From: an uncultured Actinomycetes bacterium
Lineage (GTDB): Bacteria > Actinomycetota > Thermoleophilia > Gaiellales > F1-60-MAGs149
Direction of reading: 5' to 3'
NCBI GenBank assembly: GCA_963779685.1
Contig: CAVZZG010000003.1
Coordinates: 1,095,382 to 1,159,381 of the forward strand
Length of the DNA stretch: 64,000 bases
Position 1 is the first letter of the stretch. Each line of letters begins with the position of its first letter. The position numbers were made by a program, and so were the translations under genes. The notes under the pieces are model-generated. The model ran no database searches. It saw nothing but the letters and a program-made list of their open reading frames with translations, and had not been told where the DNA came from. Below, piece by piece: positions 11,349 through 25,186 of this stretch.

Positions 11349-12459
11349 TTAATTGCCGGCCGCGTGGTGGAGCAGGTAGGCGTGGATGAACTCGTCCAGC
11401 TCGCCGTCGAGCACCGCATTCGCGTCGCCCACCTTGGTGCCGGTGCGGTGGTCGTTGACCATCGTGTACGGGTGCAGGACATAGGAGCGGATTTGACTCC
11501 CGAACGAGATGTCCTGCGCCTCGCCGCGCGCTTTCGCCACCTCGTCCTCGCGCCGCTTGATCTCGAGCTCGAGCAACCGCGACTTCAGGACCCGCATCGC
11601 GACGTGGCGGTTCTGCTGCTGGGAGCGCTCGTTCTGGCACTGCACGACGAGCCCGGTCGGCAGGTGCGTGATGCGCACGGCCGAGTCGGTCTTGTTGACG
11701 TGCTGACCGCCGGCCCCCTGCGAGCGGTAGGTGTCGATGCGCAGTTCCTTCTCGTCGATCTCGACGTCGATGTCGTCGTCCAGCCACGGCGCGGCCGTGA
11801 GGCTTGCGAACGCCGTGTGTCGCCGGTGGTCCTTGTCGAACGGCGAGAGCCGCACCAGCCGGTGCACGCCCTTCTCGGCCGAGATGATGCCGTAGACGTT
11901 CTCGCCCGTGAGCGTGAAGGTGACCGACTTCAGCCCGGCCTCCTCGCCCGGCGTCGCCTCGATCAGGTCGGTCTTGAAGCCGCGCCGCTCGGCCCACCGC
12001 AGGTACATCCGCAGCAGCATCTCGGCCCAGTCCTGGGCGTCCGTCCCGCCCGCGCCGGCGTTGATCGACACCACCGCCGGCCCGCCGTCGTACTCTCCGG
12101 TGAACAGCGCCGACTCCTGCAGGCGTCCGATCTCGCTCTTCACGCGGCGCACCGAATCGGCGACCTCCGGCACGAGCTCGGGCTCCTCCTCCGACATCGC
12201 GACCAGCTCGGGCAGGTCCGCGAGCTCCCTCTCCAGCCGCTCGTACAGCTCGAGGTCGCGCCCCACCCTGGCGCGCTCCGCGCTCACCTTCGCGGCCGCC
12301 CTCGGGTCGTCCCAGAAACCCGGCTCCGAGATCGCGGCGTCGAGCCCCTCCAGCCGCCCTACCAGCGCAGCGGGGTCAAAGGTAATCACGGACCCAGGCA
12401 AGCTGGGCCCGCAGCTCCTCGACGGCAACGCCGAGTTCCTGCTCCTGCTCGTCAGCCAC
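11349..12459 (-). CDS. prfB: peptide chain release factor 2 with programmed +1 frameshift
   Basis: 27-codon ORF1 (GTG at 12459) ends TAC CTT TGA C at 12384-12375. ORF2 contains SPF and GGQ. Confidence 0.95.
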
Positions 12460-12470
12460 GCGTGAAGAAT

Positions 12471-12521
12471 ACGGGGACAGCCCCCGAACGGCGCCTCTCG
12501 AGGGTCAGTCCCCGTCACGGA
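12471..12521. repeat. REP-like hairpin, left arm of RAYT locus
   Basis: ACGGGGACAGCCCC...GGGTCAGTCCCCGT self-pairs; 12499-12521 is a perfect 23-bp inverted match to 13168-13190. Confidence 0.75.
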
Positions 12522-12595
12522 GGCCGGACGGACCGGCCGTCGGAGGCCGCGAACTGCGCGCCCGAAGCGCGCTCCGGCCGGCGCAGGATCCGGTC

Positions 12596-13174
12596 ATGGC
12601 CAGACAACCCCGCAAGCGCTCTGCGAACGACCTCTATCACGTCACCGTGCGCGGCACCGGCAAGATCGCCCTGTTCCACGACGACGCCGACCGCCGACTG
12701 TTCCTGATCCTGCTCGGCATCGTCGTCCGCCGCTTCGACTGGCGGCTGTACGACTACTGCATCATGCCCAACCACGTGCATCTCCTGGTCGACGCCGAGC
12801 TCGACGACCTCAGTCGCGGAATGCACCGGTTGCTGACGGGATTCACGCAGACCTTCAACCGCAAGTACGGGCGTGTCGGGCATCTCGTGCAGAACCGGTT
12901 CAAGTCCACTCCGGTCGACACGGACGGCCACATCTCAGCCGTGATCCCCTACATCGCCCTGAACCCCGTGCGCGCAGGCATCACCGACCACCCGGGTGAC
13001 TACCAGTGGTCGGCATTCGGCGCCATCGCCGGCCGCCGCCGGGCTCCTCGCTGGCTCACAATCAGATGGGTGCGGCACTGGTACGCCGAGGACCCGGCCG
13101 AGGGGGCCCAGCGCTACGTCGACGCCTGCGTGCGCCGGATCGTGCCGCCGGTGACGAAACGCGACGATCCGTGA
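12596..13174 (+). mobile_element. REP-associated tyrosine transposase (RAYT, Y1 HUH)
   Basis: YHVTVRG, YCIMPNHVHLL (HUH), YIALNPVRAG, YQWSA. Confidence 0.9.
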
Positions 13175-13220
13175 CGGGGACTGACCCTCGCGAACGGCCG
13201 TGCGGGGTCTGTCCCCGTCA
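13168..13220. repeat. REP-like hairpin, right arm of RAYT locus
   Basis: TGACGGGGACTGACCC...GGGTCTGTCCCCGTCA; inverted copy of the left arm. Confidence 0.75.
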
Positions 13221-13271
13221 AGGACGACGCACGAAAGCGCGCGGGATCGGCCACGGCGCCGGGCGGGGGCG

Positions 13272-15924
<2,653 letters not shown>

Positions 15925-15943
15925 GCCCGAAGCCTACCGCGCG

Positions 15944-17023
15944 ATGGAGCAACTGGCGCTCGCAAGAGCGACCCGCAGCTACGGTTCGGCCGTGGCCGGG
16001 AAGCCCCTCACCGAGCACGCGCGCGACCTCCTCGAGGGCTATCTCGCCCGCCGCTTCACGCTGGCCGACGCAACGGCGGCCGCCCAGGAGATGGGCCCGT
16101 CGAGCGACCCGCTGGTGCGTGCCATGCGTCACCTGTTCCCGGTCGATTCGCGCCGCGCACCCGATCCCTCGGTCGTGGAGCTGGCGCTGCAGGCCCTGAA
16201 CCGCGATGACGACCTCTGGACGGGCGATGCCCTGCTGGCCCTCGCGCTCCGCCGTCCCGTGCTCGCCACGGTGATCGGACGCGCCGAGCGCGACGAGCCG
16301 GTGCCGCTCGACATCCTCCGCCCCGGCTGCCGGGTCATGCTGGGCACCAACGGCGGCCGGCGCGCGCTGCGCTCCCTGGTGGACGGAGACCTGGCGCCAG
16401 CGGCGCGATGGCTCGACACCACCGTGCTCGACGACGACGCGTTCTCGGCGACGACGCTGGACGTGCCGGTCTCCGATCTCGCCGAGCTCGGCGTCCTGGT
16501 CGACCGGCTGGTGCGCGAGACCGAGTCGCTGCCGCCCGGCCGCGCCCGCGCGTCGGTGGCCGACGAGTGGGTGTACGAGGTGATGGTCGACACGCTCGAC
16601 GACGACACCCCCTTCACCGAGATCGTGCGCGTCGTCGGCGAGCGGCTGCTCGAGAGCGACGCCCCGGCCCTGCTGTGGCACGCGGCCAAGCAGCTCTCGC
16701 TGGTGGCCGGGGGCGATCGCCGCGTCGCCGAGCGCGTGCTCGAGCGCTGCCTGCCGCTGGCCCGGCTGGAGGACGGCCGGTCGCCGGCCGCCGCCGCAGC
16801 CCCGTTCCTGACGGTCCTGCCGCCCGACCACGCCGCCGCCGTCATCGAGCGTCTCGCGCCCCGCCTGGACGAGGACGGCTGGGACGCGATCGCGCGAGCA
16901 TTCCTGGCCCGGGCATTCCGCACGCGCTGGCACGACTGGAGCGAGTACGCGGCTCGCTGGCAGGCCTGCGACGACCCGGGCCTCGCTCGCGCTGCCACCA
17001 GCGCGCTCGCACTGGCCGCCTAA
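15944..17023 (+). CDS. hypothetical protein
   Basis: Long ORF with host-like codon use; its stop overlaps the fgd start (TAATG). Confidence 0.6.
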   Translation: MEQLALARATRSYGSAVAGKPLTEHARDLLEGYLARRFTLADATAAAQEMGPSSDPLVRAMRHLFPVDSRRAPDPSVVELALQALNRDDDLWTGDALLALALRRPVLATVIGRAERDEPVPLDILRPGCRVMLGTNGGRRALRSLVDGDLAPAARWLDTTVLDDDAFSATTLDVPVSDLAELGVLVDRLVRETESLPPGRARASVADEWVYEVMVDTLDDDTPFTEIVRVVGERLLESDAPALLWHAAKQLSLVAGGDRRVAERVLERCLPLARLEDGRSPAAAAAPFLTVLPPDHAAAVIERLAPRLDEDGWDAIARAFLARAFRTRWHDWSEYAARWQACDDPGLARAATSALALAA

Positions 17024-18018
17024 TGCGCTACGGCCTCAAGGCATCGGCCGAGCAGTTCGGCCCGCGCGAGCTGATCGACGTCGCGCGCGCCGCGGAGCGA
17101 GCCGGCCTCGACGACGTCGCCATCTCCGATCACTTCCAGCCATGGCGGCACAGCACCGGCCACGCCCCGTCGGCGCTGAGCTGGCTCGGCGCCGCCGGCG
17201 AGGCGACCAGCCGCATCCGCCTCGGCACGAGCGTGCTGACGCCCACGCTGCGCTACCACCCGTCGATCGTGGCCCAGGCCTTCGGCACGCTCGGCGTGCT
17301 GTTCCCGGGCCGGATCTTCCTCGGCGTCGGCACCGGCGAGGCGATGAACGAGACGCCGGCGACCGGCGCCGGCTGGCCCGAGCCGAAGGAGCGGCGGCTG
17401 CGCCTCGCCGAGTCGATCGACCTCATGCGGCGCCTCTGGACGGAAGAGCGGGTCACGTTCGAGGGCACCTACTACCGCACCGATCGCGCCACCATCTACG
17501 ACCGCCCGGCGATGCCCGTACCGGTGTACGTGGCTGCGTCCGGGCCGCTGGCGGCGAAGCTCGCCGGCCGCGTCGGCGACGGCTTCATCTGCACGTCCGG
17601 GAAGCAGCCCGGGCTCTACACCGAACTGGTGGATGCCGTCGAGCAGGGTTCGGCCGATCGCGACGGAGCGGCCATCCGGCGCATGATCGAGATCAAGCTC
17701 TCCTACGACACCGATCCCGAGGCCGCCCTGCGGGCCTGCGGCTGGTGGGCCGCGCTCGCACTGACGGCGGAGGAGAAGACCGGCGTCGAGGATCCGATCG
17801 AGATGGAGCGACTGGCCGACGCCGCGGTCGACCGGGCGCACACGCGATTCATCGTCACCGCCGACCCCGACGAGGCCGTCGAGCGGATCGCACCCTACGT
17901 CGAGCTCGGCTTCACCGAGCTCGTCTTCCACTACCCGGGCGAGGACCAGACCCGGTTCGTCGAGCTCTTCAGCCGCGACCTGCTGCCGCGCCTACGCGAC
18001 CGGTTCGGCGGCGAGTAG
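17023..18018 (+). CDS. fgd: F420-dependent glucose-6-phosphate dehydrogenase-like LLM enzyme
   Basis: [42 protein letters not shown]. Confidence 0.85.
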   Translation: MRYGLKASAEQFGPRELIDVARAAERAGLDDVAISDHFQPWRHSTGHAPSALSWLGAAGEATSRIRLGTSVLTPTLRYHPSIVAQAFGTLGVLFPGRIFLGVGTGEAMNETPATGAGWPEPKERRLRLAESIDLMRRLWTEERVTFEGTYYRTDRATIYDRPAMPVPVYVAASGPLAAKLAGRVGDGFICTSGKQPGLYTELVDAVEQGSADRDGAAIRRMIEIKLSYDTDPEAALRACGWWAALALTAEEKTGVEDPIEMERLADAAVDRAHTRFIVTADPDEAVERIAPYVELGFTELVFHYPGEDQTRFVELFSRDLLPRLRDRFGGE

Positions 18019-20370
18019 TCCCGGCCTGATCAGCTTCGGTGGCCGCACCAGCCCGGCGTCGTCGTAGGGCGGCGCGTCGGTCGGGGCCAGCGGCGGCGCG
18101 CCGTAGCTGCGCAGCACCTGGCGCGAAGGCGGCTCACCGTACAGCGTCGTGCGCTGCACGGGCGTGCGGCCGGCGGCGCGGATCACCTCGTCCATCCGCT
18201 CCGGCGGGCACTCCTGACCGTGGGAGGCCCCCGCTGCCCGCGAGATGGACTCGTTCATGAGCGTGCCGCCGAGGTCGTTGACGCCGGCGGCGAGCAGCTC
18301 CCCGGCGCCGGCCGGGCCGAGCTTGACCCAGCTCGCCTGAATGCTCGTCACGTACGGGTCGAGAATCAGGCGCGAGGCGGCGTGGAGCACCACGGACTCC
18401 TCGAAGGTCGGGCCACGGCGAGCGCCGCCGCGCAGGGCGATCGGGGCCTCGGCGTGCACGAACGGCAGCGGCACGAACTCGGTGATGCCGCCGGTGTCGC
18501 GCTGGAGGTCGCGCACGGCGAGCAGGTGGCGAGCCTGGTGCACGGGGCGCTCGACCGAGCCGAACATGATCGTCGACGTCGTGCGCAGCCCGAGCTCGTG
18601 TGCGGTGCGCACCACCTCGAGCCACTGCGCGGTCGAGAGCTTGTCCGGGCAGAGCACCTTGCGCACCTCGTCGTCGAGGATCTCGGCCGCCGTGCCGGGC
18701 AACGATCCCAGGCCGGCCGACACGAGACGTTCCAGGTACTCGCGCAGCGTCAGGCCGGCGGTCTCCGCGCCCTGCCACACCTCGAGCGGCGAGAAGGCGT
18801 GGACGTGGATCGCGGGCACGGCGGCCTTGATCGCCGCGAGCAGCTCGAGGTACCAGGCGCCGGTGAAGCCCGGGTGGATGCCGCCCTGCAGGCACACCTC
18901 GGTCGCGCCGCGCGCCCAGGCCTCCTGCGTGCGGCGCACGACCTCATCGATCGAGAGCAGGTAGGCGGGGCCGCGCAGGTTCTCGGCCAGCTTGCCCTTC
19001 GAGAATGCGCAGAAGCCGCAGCGGAAGTAGCAGACGTTGGTGTAGTTGATGTTCCGGCACACGACGTAGGTGACCTCGTCGCCGTTGCGCAGCCGCCGCC
19101 GGTCGTCGGCCTCGGCGATCAGGGCCTGCACCTCGCCGCCACGGGCCGAGAGCAGGGCGGTCGCCTCATCGACGGACAGGTCGCGACCTTCGCGGGCACC
19201 CTCGAGCGCCTGGTCGAAGGCGCCGGAGCGGCCACCGATCGATCGCCAGCGCAGCGGCGGGCTGTCGGTCTCGCCCGCGAACCAGCCGCGCTCGCGGCGG
19301 GCGAGGCCGAGCCCGTCGGACGCCGCCAGCACCGCCGGCATGACGGCATCGTCGACCCAGCGCGCATCGAGGAACCGCGGGTAGACCGCGAGCCGGGGCA
19401 GCAGGGTCAGCCCGGCGGCGGCGGTGGCCCGTTCGAGCCGCTCGATGTCGGGCCACGGCGCCTCGGGGTTGACGTGGTCGGGCGTCACCGGCGAGACGCC
19501 ACCCCAGTCGTTGATGCCGGCCTCGAGCAGGCGCGGGAAGTCGTCGTAGGCGAGGTTCGGCGGGGCCTGGAGCGAGACCTCGGGCGGCAGGATCAGGCGG
19601 GCCGCGGCGATCGTCCAGAGGTGGTCGTCGAGGTCGGGCTCGGGCGCCGCGTGCATCCGCGTGCCCGGCTTGGCCCGGAAGTTCTGGACGATCACCTCCT
19701 GCAGGTGACCGTGCTCGGCGTGCAGGTCGCGGAGCGCCTCGAGCGCCGCGATCCGCTCCTCGCGGGTCTCGCCGATGCCGATCAGGATGCCGCTCGTGTA
19801 CGGGATCGCGAGCGCTCCGGCGCGCCGCAGGGCGGCGAGGCGGACGGCCGGATCCTTGTCGGGCGAGCCGAAGTGCGGCATGCCGCGCTCCGACAGGCGC
19901 GCCGAGGAGGTCTCGAGCATGATCCCCTGCGACGCCGAAACCGCGCGCAGGGCGGTGAGCTCGCCGTCGTCCAGCACGCCCGGGTTGACGTGCGGCAGGA
20001 GCCCGGTCACCCGCAGCACTTCGCCGGCGCAGTGCGCGAGGTAGGCGGCGGTGGTGGCGAAGCCGAGCTCCGCCAGCTCCTCGCGGGCCACCCGGTAGCG
20101 CAGCTCCGGCTTGTCGCCGAGCGTGAACAGCGCCTCGCGACAGCCCGCCTCGGCGCCGGCGCGCGCGATCGCGAGCACCTCGTCGACCGTCAGGTATGCC
20201 CGCTCGCCCTTCCGCGGGGGCCGCGCGAAGGTGCAGTAGTGGCACACGTCCCGGCACAGCGTGGTGAGCGGGATGAAGACCTTCGGCGAGTACGTGACGA
20301 CGGCGCCGAACCCCGCCTCGCGCACCGCCCGGGCCTCGGTGCAGAGCTCGGCGACCGATGCGCGTTCCAT
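17992..20370 (-). CDS. fbiC: bifunctional FO synthase (CofG-CofH fusion)
   Basis: Two radical SAM motifs, CRDVCHYC and CYFRCGFC; TYSPKVFIP; PGTAAEIL. Confidence 0.93.
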   Translation of the reverse strand: MERASVAELCTEARAVREAGFGAVVTYSPKVFIPLTTLCRDVCHYCTFARPPRKGERAYLTVDEVLAIARAGAEAGCREALFTLGDKPELRYRVAREELAELGFATTAAYLAHCAGEVLRVTGLLPHVNPGVLDDGELTALRAVSASQGIMLETSSARLSERGMPHFGSPDKDPAVRLAALRRAGALAIPYTSGILIGIGETREERIAALEALRDLHAEHGHLQEVIVQNFRAKPGTRMHAAPEPDLDDHLWTIAAARLILPPEVSLQAPPNLAYDDFPRLLEAGINDWGGVSPVTPDHVNPEAPWPDIERLERATAAAGLTLLPRLAVYPRFLDARWVDDAVMPAVLAASDGLGLARRERGWFAGETDSPPLRWRSIGGRSGAFDQALEGAREGRDLSVDEATALLSARGGEVQALIAEADDRRRLRNGDEVTYVVCRNINYTNVCYFRCGFCAFSKGKLAENLRGPAYLLSIDEVVRRTQEAWARGATEVCLQGGIHPGFTGAWYLELLAAIKAAVPAIHVHAFSPLEVWQGAETAGLTLREYLERLVSAGLGSLPGTAAEILDDEVRKVLCPDKLSTAQWLEVVRTAHELGLRTTSTIMFGSVERPVHQARHLLAVRDLQRDTGGITEFVPLPFVHAEAPIALRGGARRGPTFEESVVLHAASRLILDPYVTSIQASWVKLGPAGAGELLAAGVNDLGGTLMNESISRAAGASHGQECPPERMDEVIRAAGRTPVQRTTLYGEPPSRQVLRSYGAPPLAPTDAPPYDDAGLVRPPKLIRPGLLAAEPVA

Positions 20371-20389
20371 CCGGCCGGATGGTAGCGGG

Positions 20390-21106
20390 CTAGACGAAGA
20401 GGTCGCGGTCGGCGGGCATGACGGTCTCGGCGGCACCTGCCGACCCCGCGAGCCACCGGTAGCCGCGCACGATCGCGGCGGGCACCCCGCCGGCCGGGCC
20501 GATCACCAGGTCCGCGGCAGCGGCCAGCTCGTCGGCGACGTGGACGATGGTGGCCTCGAAGGGGCGGCCGCGGTCGTCGGGTGCCCCGACGTGCGAGACG
20601 AGCGGCGCGAGGCCGGCGGAGCCGACGGCGACGCCGGTGATGCCCTGCCGGAAGGGCCGCCCGAACGAATCCGAGATGACGACCGCGACACCCTCCCCCA
20701 GCCCGGCCCGCAGCCGACGTGCCGACGCGTCGGGATCTTCCGGCAGCAGGATCGCGGTCTCGGCGGCCGAGGCGTTCGAGCGGTCGACCCCGGCGGCGGC
20801 GCACACGAAGCCATGACGGGTCTCGGCGATGACCAGGCTTCCCCGCCGTCGCACGACGCGGCGGGACTCGCGCAGCACCAGCTCGACCACGCGCGGGTCG
20901 ACCTCCCCGCCGGCGATCGATACCGCCTCCGGTCGCGGCTCGATGCCGGCCAGGGACACCTCACGGCCCTCGACCTTCGAGACCGCCTTCTGCGCGACGA
21001 CCACCACGTCGCCGTCGCGGAGCTCCGCCGCAGCCCGGATCAGCGCCACCAGGTCGTCGCCCGGCGCAAGCGCCGGCAGGCCCGTCACGGGCAGGATCTC
21101 GATCAC
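20390..21106 (-). CDS. cofE: coenzyme F420-0:L-glutamate ligase
   Basis: KAVSKVEGR, AGVDRSN, LLPEDPD.SA, DSFGRPFR.G. Confidence 0.9.
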   Translation of the reverse strand: MIEILPVTGLPALAPGDDLVALIRAAAELRDGDVVVVAQKAVSKVEGREVSLAGIEPRPEAVSIAGGEVDPRVVELVLRESRRVVRRRGSLVIAETRHGFVCAAAGVDRSNASAAETAILLPEDPDASARRLRAGLGEGVAVVISDSFGRPFRQGITGVAVGSAGLAPLVSHVGAPDDRGRPFEATIVHVADELAAAADLVIGPAGGVPAAIVRGYRWLAGSAGAAETVMPADRDLFV

Positions 21107-22020
21107 GGGGCCAGCGCCGCCTCGGCCAGGGCACGCCGGGTGATCTCGTCCCGCATCAGGGCCGGCGCGACGGCGACCCGCATGCCGAGCGCCTCGATGG
21201 CTGGCGCGAGCGCGACATCCGCCTCGTCGATCAGGAACGTGCCGCACAGGCCCGCGTAGTGGCGGGCCACGCCGAGCGCCGAGCGCTCGTGCCCGAGCGA
21301 GTCGAGCATGGCGGCCAACGGGCCCTTGACGGCATCGCCGCGGATGATCGGCGACACCGCGACGACGTCGGCGGCACGCGCGGCGACGGCCGCACGCAGG
21401 CCGTCGACGGCCAGGATCGGGTCGACCGAGATGAACGGGTTGGAGGGCGCGAGCACGACGCGGTCGGCGGTGGCGATCGCCTCCAGGACCCCGGGGGCAG
21501 GCCGGGCGCCGGGTGAGCCCTCGAAGCGGATCGCGCGGACCTCGGGCGCTGCCCGCCTGCCCACGAACCAGCGCTGGAACTCGAGCTCGCCGTCGTCGGT
21601 GGCGATCATCGTGCGCAGCCGGTCGTCCGTGGCCGGCAGCAGGCGTATGCCGATTCCGAAGCGCACGGCGATGTCGGCCATGATCGACGACAGGGGCTGG
21701 CCCGCCCTCAGCCGCTCGGTGCGTACGAGGTGCAGGCCGACGTCGCGGTCGCCGAGGATGAACCAGTCCGGGCCGCCGAGCTCGGCAACGACCGCCATGC
21801 CCTCGCGGGTGTCGCCGCGCACGCCCCAGCCGTGCTCCCCCACCCGCCCGGCAAGCGTGTAGAGCACCGTGTCGAGATCGGGCGAGATCGCGAGGCCCCA
21901 GTGGTCGACGTCGTCGCCGACGTTGCCGACCACCGTCACGGCCGGCGCACCGACGGCGGCCACCAGGCCGGCCGTGAAGCGCGCCCCGCCGATCCCGCCC
22001 GAGAGCACCGTCACCCGCAC
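21103..22020 (-). CDS. cofD: 2-phospho-L-lactate transferase
   Basis: LSGGIGGARF, NVGDD, PDLDT, LGDRD, PSNPFISV. Confidence 0.92.
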   Translation of the reverse strand: MRVTVLSGGIGGARFTAGLVAAVGAPAVTVVGNVGDDVDHWGLAISPDLDTVLYTLAGRVGEHGWGVRGDTREGMAVVAELGGPDWFILGDRDVGLHLVRTERLRAGQPLSSIMADIAVRFGIGIRLLPATDDRLRTMIATDDGELEFQRWFVGRRAAPEVRAIRFEGSPGARPAPGVLEAIATADRVVLAPSNPFISVDPILAVDGLRAAVAARAADVVAVSPIIRGDAVKGPLAAMLDSLGHERSALGVARHYAGLCGTFLIDEADVALAPAIEALGMRVAVAPALMRDEITRRALAEAALAP

Positions 22021-22041
22021 GCGCAGTAGGATGCCCGACCG

Positions 22042-22458
22042 ATGGTCATCGACGCGAACACCCCCATCGGCGCACGAGCGATCGAGCGCCTCAACGCCGA
22101 GCACGTCTCGTGGCTCGTCACCGTGAGCCCGTCCGGCCAGCCCCAGCCGAGCCCCATCTGGCACGAGCTGGACGGCGACACGATCCTCATGTACTCCAAG
22201 CCCGGCATGGCCAAGCTGCGCAACATCGCGGCCAACCCGCGGGTGGCCCTGCACCTGGACGGCAACGGCAAGGGCGGCGACATCGTCGTCATCGAAGGCC
22301 ACGCGGCCATCAGCGACGAGCCGGGCGCCGACCAGCGCCCGACCTACGTGGCCCGCTATCAGGACTTCATGACGCGCAACGGCTGGTCGGCCGGGGACTT
22401 CGCCCGCCAGTACTCGGTACCGGTGCGGATCGTGCCGACCAGGCTCCGCGGCTGGTAA
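22042..22458 (+). CDS. PPOX-class F420-dependent oxidoreductase
   Basis: WLVTVSPSGQPQPSPIW, KLRNIAANPRVAL. Confidence 0.85.
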   Translation: MVIDANTPIGARAIERLNAEHVSWLVTVSPSGQPQPSPIWHELDGDTILMYSKPGMAKLRNIAANPRVALHLDGNGKGGDIVVIEGHAAISDEPGADQRPTYVARYQDFMTRNGWSAGDFARQYSVPVRIVPTRLRGW

Positions 22459-22467
22459 TCGCTCGTC

Positions 22468-22722
22468 AGAGCTGATTTCAGGATGAGGGTCGTGGTCGCG
22501 GGTCGGGGAGCGAGCGGCAGCGACCGGGCGTTCCGCAGGCCTTGCCGACGCAAGGCCAAGGGACGCACGACGCTGCCGCGAAGCCCTTGAAGCCGCCTCT
22601 CCGAGGCGGCGGAAGGGAGCCGAAGCTGATCACGGTTGCCGGAGCCTCGGCTCCGGCGTTCGTGGTCAGCGCAGGACTCTCCCCGGCCATGCGAACGCGC
22701 CGCTCAATCTGAAATCAGCTCT
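22468..22722. mobile_element. MITE-like element with 20-bp terminal inverted repeats
   Basis: AGAGCTGATTTCAGGATGAG (22468) matches the reverse complement of 22703-22722 at 18/20; it sits between convergent genes. Confidence 0.6.
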
Positions 22723-23204
22723 TAGTGGCCGATGAGGTTGCTCTTGACGAGCGCCACGACGAGGCCCGACGCGAGCACCACGGCGGCCGCGACCAACGCA
22801 GGGCCTCTCGCACGGCCCGCCGCGCGCGCCGCCCAGTAGCCTGAGGCGCCGATGAACACCGCCGGCACCACGGCCGCCGCCCGCAGGTTGCCGTCGCTGA
22901 GGACGATCGGAACGCTGCAGAGCAGCGAGACCGCGCCCGCGGCGGCGACCTGAGCGACGCCGATCCGCGCGTCCTGGCGGCCGATGCGCCCGCCGCCGAC
23001 GCCCCGCGCGACCACGCCGAACGCGAACCAGTGGGCGAGGGATAGGCCGACCGCGGTGCCCCAGACGAGCTCGAGCAGTGCGGTTTCCTGAATGTGGACG
23101 TCGCCGCCCCGGAGCGCGGCCATCTCGGCGAGTTCGACGATCGAGATGTACAGCGTCATGGTGACGGCCTCTTGCCAGACCTCGCCATATTTCGCCGTCG
23201 CCAC
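22722..23204 (-). CDS. small integral membrane protein
   Basis: Several hydrophobic segments; start uncertain. Confidence 0.65.
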   Translation of the reverse strand: MATAKYGEVWQEAVTMTLYISIVELAEMAALRGGDVHIQETALLELVWGTAVGLSLAHWFAFGVVARGVGGGRIGRQDARIGVAQVAAAGAVSLLCSVPIVLSDGNLRAAAVVPAVFIGASGYWAARAAGRARGPALVAAAVVLASGLVVALVKSNLIGH

Positions 23205-23329
23205 CGCGCGATGATACCCGCCGAACCGGGAATGCTCGCGAGACGAGCACCGCGCCCGGCGCTTACCAAAGCAGGCTGACGCCCGCGGAGGCGTCCCGCG
23301 AGCCCTCGGGCCCACGGGACGCTTCCACG

Positions 23330-24997
23330 TTAGAGATCGCCACGGGCGAAGCCCGCGATCACCTCCGGGGCGGAGGTGTCGAAGCCGACGACGTCGAGCA
23401 TGCCGGCGTCGTTCGGATCGGCGATCGTGAAGCGGTTCGCGACCATGCCGACCACGACCAGCTTCGCCGGGATGCCGGTCGCCTGGCGGTAGCGGCGGAG
23501 CGCCTCGGCCGGGTGGATGTCACCCGCCCAGGTCTCGGAGTCGGTGTAGATCACGAACGTGTCGACCGCCCGGCCCAGCCGCCGCGCGTAGCGCATCGGG
23601 CAGCGAGCAGTCGGTGGCGCCGAACGGCAGGTCCGACACGGTCTTGACCACGTCGTTCAGCCGCTGCCGGGCCGACATCGCCAGCGGCGTCAGACCCGTC
23701 GGGCCCCAGCCGCGCGCGGCCCGAGCCCGCCCGCCAGCCGCCCCGGCCGGCGTGGAAGCCCACCACCTCGGCGTCCGGGTCGGACGCCAGCGTGACGAGC
23801 GCCATCGCGGCCGACGCCACCCGCGGCGTCAGGCCCGGAGCACGCCGCGACCATGCCCATCTCCATCGAGCCCGAGACGTCGAGCGCCAGCAGGAGACGG
23901 GCTGCCGGTCGGCGTGACGTTCGGGAACGCCAGGTAGAAGGCGCGGTCGAGGGCGTCGACGAGCCGCGCCACCGGCACCCACGTGTGCTGGCCGCGGAGA
24001 CCACGGCCGGCCGCGTACGTGCGCTGGGCCACGAGCAGGGCGATCGGGTGCAGCCGGGCCCGCCGGATCCGGTCGCGGATCGCCAGCTCGCGCCTGCACC
24101 GTGCGGACCGCGTCGGAACCCGGCGCGAGCAGGCCGACCCGGGTCATCGTCGCGAGGTTCCGCACCATGGCCGTCATCGGCATGTCCTCGAGCAGGGCCT
24201 CCCACACCGACGGGGCCGTGAGGTGCTCCGGCTGGAGCGCCTCGCGCGGCAGCCGGTACTCGGCGCACGAGCGCCGCCGACTCCGCCGGCGATCCCGCCC
24301 GCTGTGCGCGGACGAAGCCCTCGACGATCCGCGGCAGGTCCTCGGCCATCGTGCCGCGGACGATCCACTCGAACAGGCGCGCCTGCTCGGGCGACACCCG
24401 AAGCGTCGGGTTGCCGGCCGAGACGGCGGCCGCCGGGTGGGCCAGCCGCAGCACGTCGCGGTGCGTCATGCCCTCGCGCTGGCGGTACTTGACCGCCTGG
24501 TAGGCGAGCTCGTCGACGCCGCGACCGGCGTACCAGCGAGCCCACCGCCCGGCGAAGGGCACGACCCCAGCCGCGCCAGCCGTCGACGTAGCCGACGAAC
24601 TGGAACAGGTGCGTCGCCGTGCGGGCGACCTGCGGCAGCGCCCGCAGCGCCGCCTGGCGGGTGGCCAGGTCGGACGCCGAGGCCGCGCGGGCCAGGGCGA
24701 ACACCGCCGGGTCGTTGCTCGGCGCGCGGCCTGCCTGCGAGACCGCCACGATCTCGGCCACCGTGCGCGGGCCGTCTGCGGCCAGGCAAGCGTCGAGCGC
24801 GTCGGCGTTCTCGAGCGTCAGGCGCCGCTCGCCGGCGTAGAACGAGCCACCCTCGGAGCCCAGGATCAGGAACCGGCGCAGCCGCGTCCACTCGTCGGCC
24901 GAAAGACGAAGCCTCCGGCCGAGTTGCGCACCTGGTCGGCGCGGATGGACTCCCGCTGGTGCGGGGTGCGCTTCGCGAAGCGCGTGAGGTAGGACAT
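23330..24997 (-). CDS. rsr: Ro60/TROVE-domain RNA-binding protein with C-terminal vWA (about 8 frameshifts)
   Basis: Segments in changing frames: QVRNSAGGFVF, RLRRFLILGSEGGSFY, RTATHLFQF, QAVKYRQREG.THRDVLRLAHP, MPMTAMVRNL, RLHP, ALDVSGSM, GATDCSLP, YTDSETW, VVGFDTSAP. RBS GGAAAGGAGG. Confidence 0.9.
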
Positions 24998-25043
24998 GGC
25001 GAACCCTCCTTTCCGGGGCTCGGGGTTGGACGTGCGATGGAGA

Positions 25044-25170
25044 GGCGCGGTCGTGGTGCGCAACTGGCGGTAGGCGCTCTACCGATTGAGCTACGAGGCC
25101 AAGGCCCCGGCAGGACTCGAACCTGCAACCTCCGCACTGAAGCGGTAACCAGCTTGCTCCGGCCCGCGCC
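25044..25170 (-). ncRNA. yrlA: YrlA-type Y RNA (tRNA mimic)
   Basis: Terminal stem GGCGCGG/CCGCGCC with GCCGGAG and CACGA. Internal T-arm GCAGGTTCGAGTCCTGC, loop-closed acceptor CGGGGCC-TT-GGCCTCG, then D-arm TAGCTCAATCGGTAGAGC. Lies between rtcB and rsr. Confidence 0.88.
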
Positions 25171-25186
25171 GGGTCGTTCGGGTCGT

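Noticed and set aside
25070-25140. Circularly permuted or split tRNA gene
   Set aside because: There is no anticodon arm; the terminal Ro-type stem and position beside rsr fit YrlA better.
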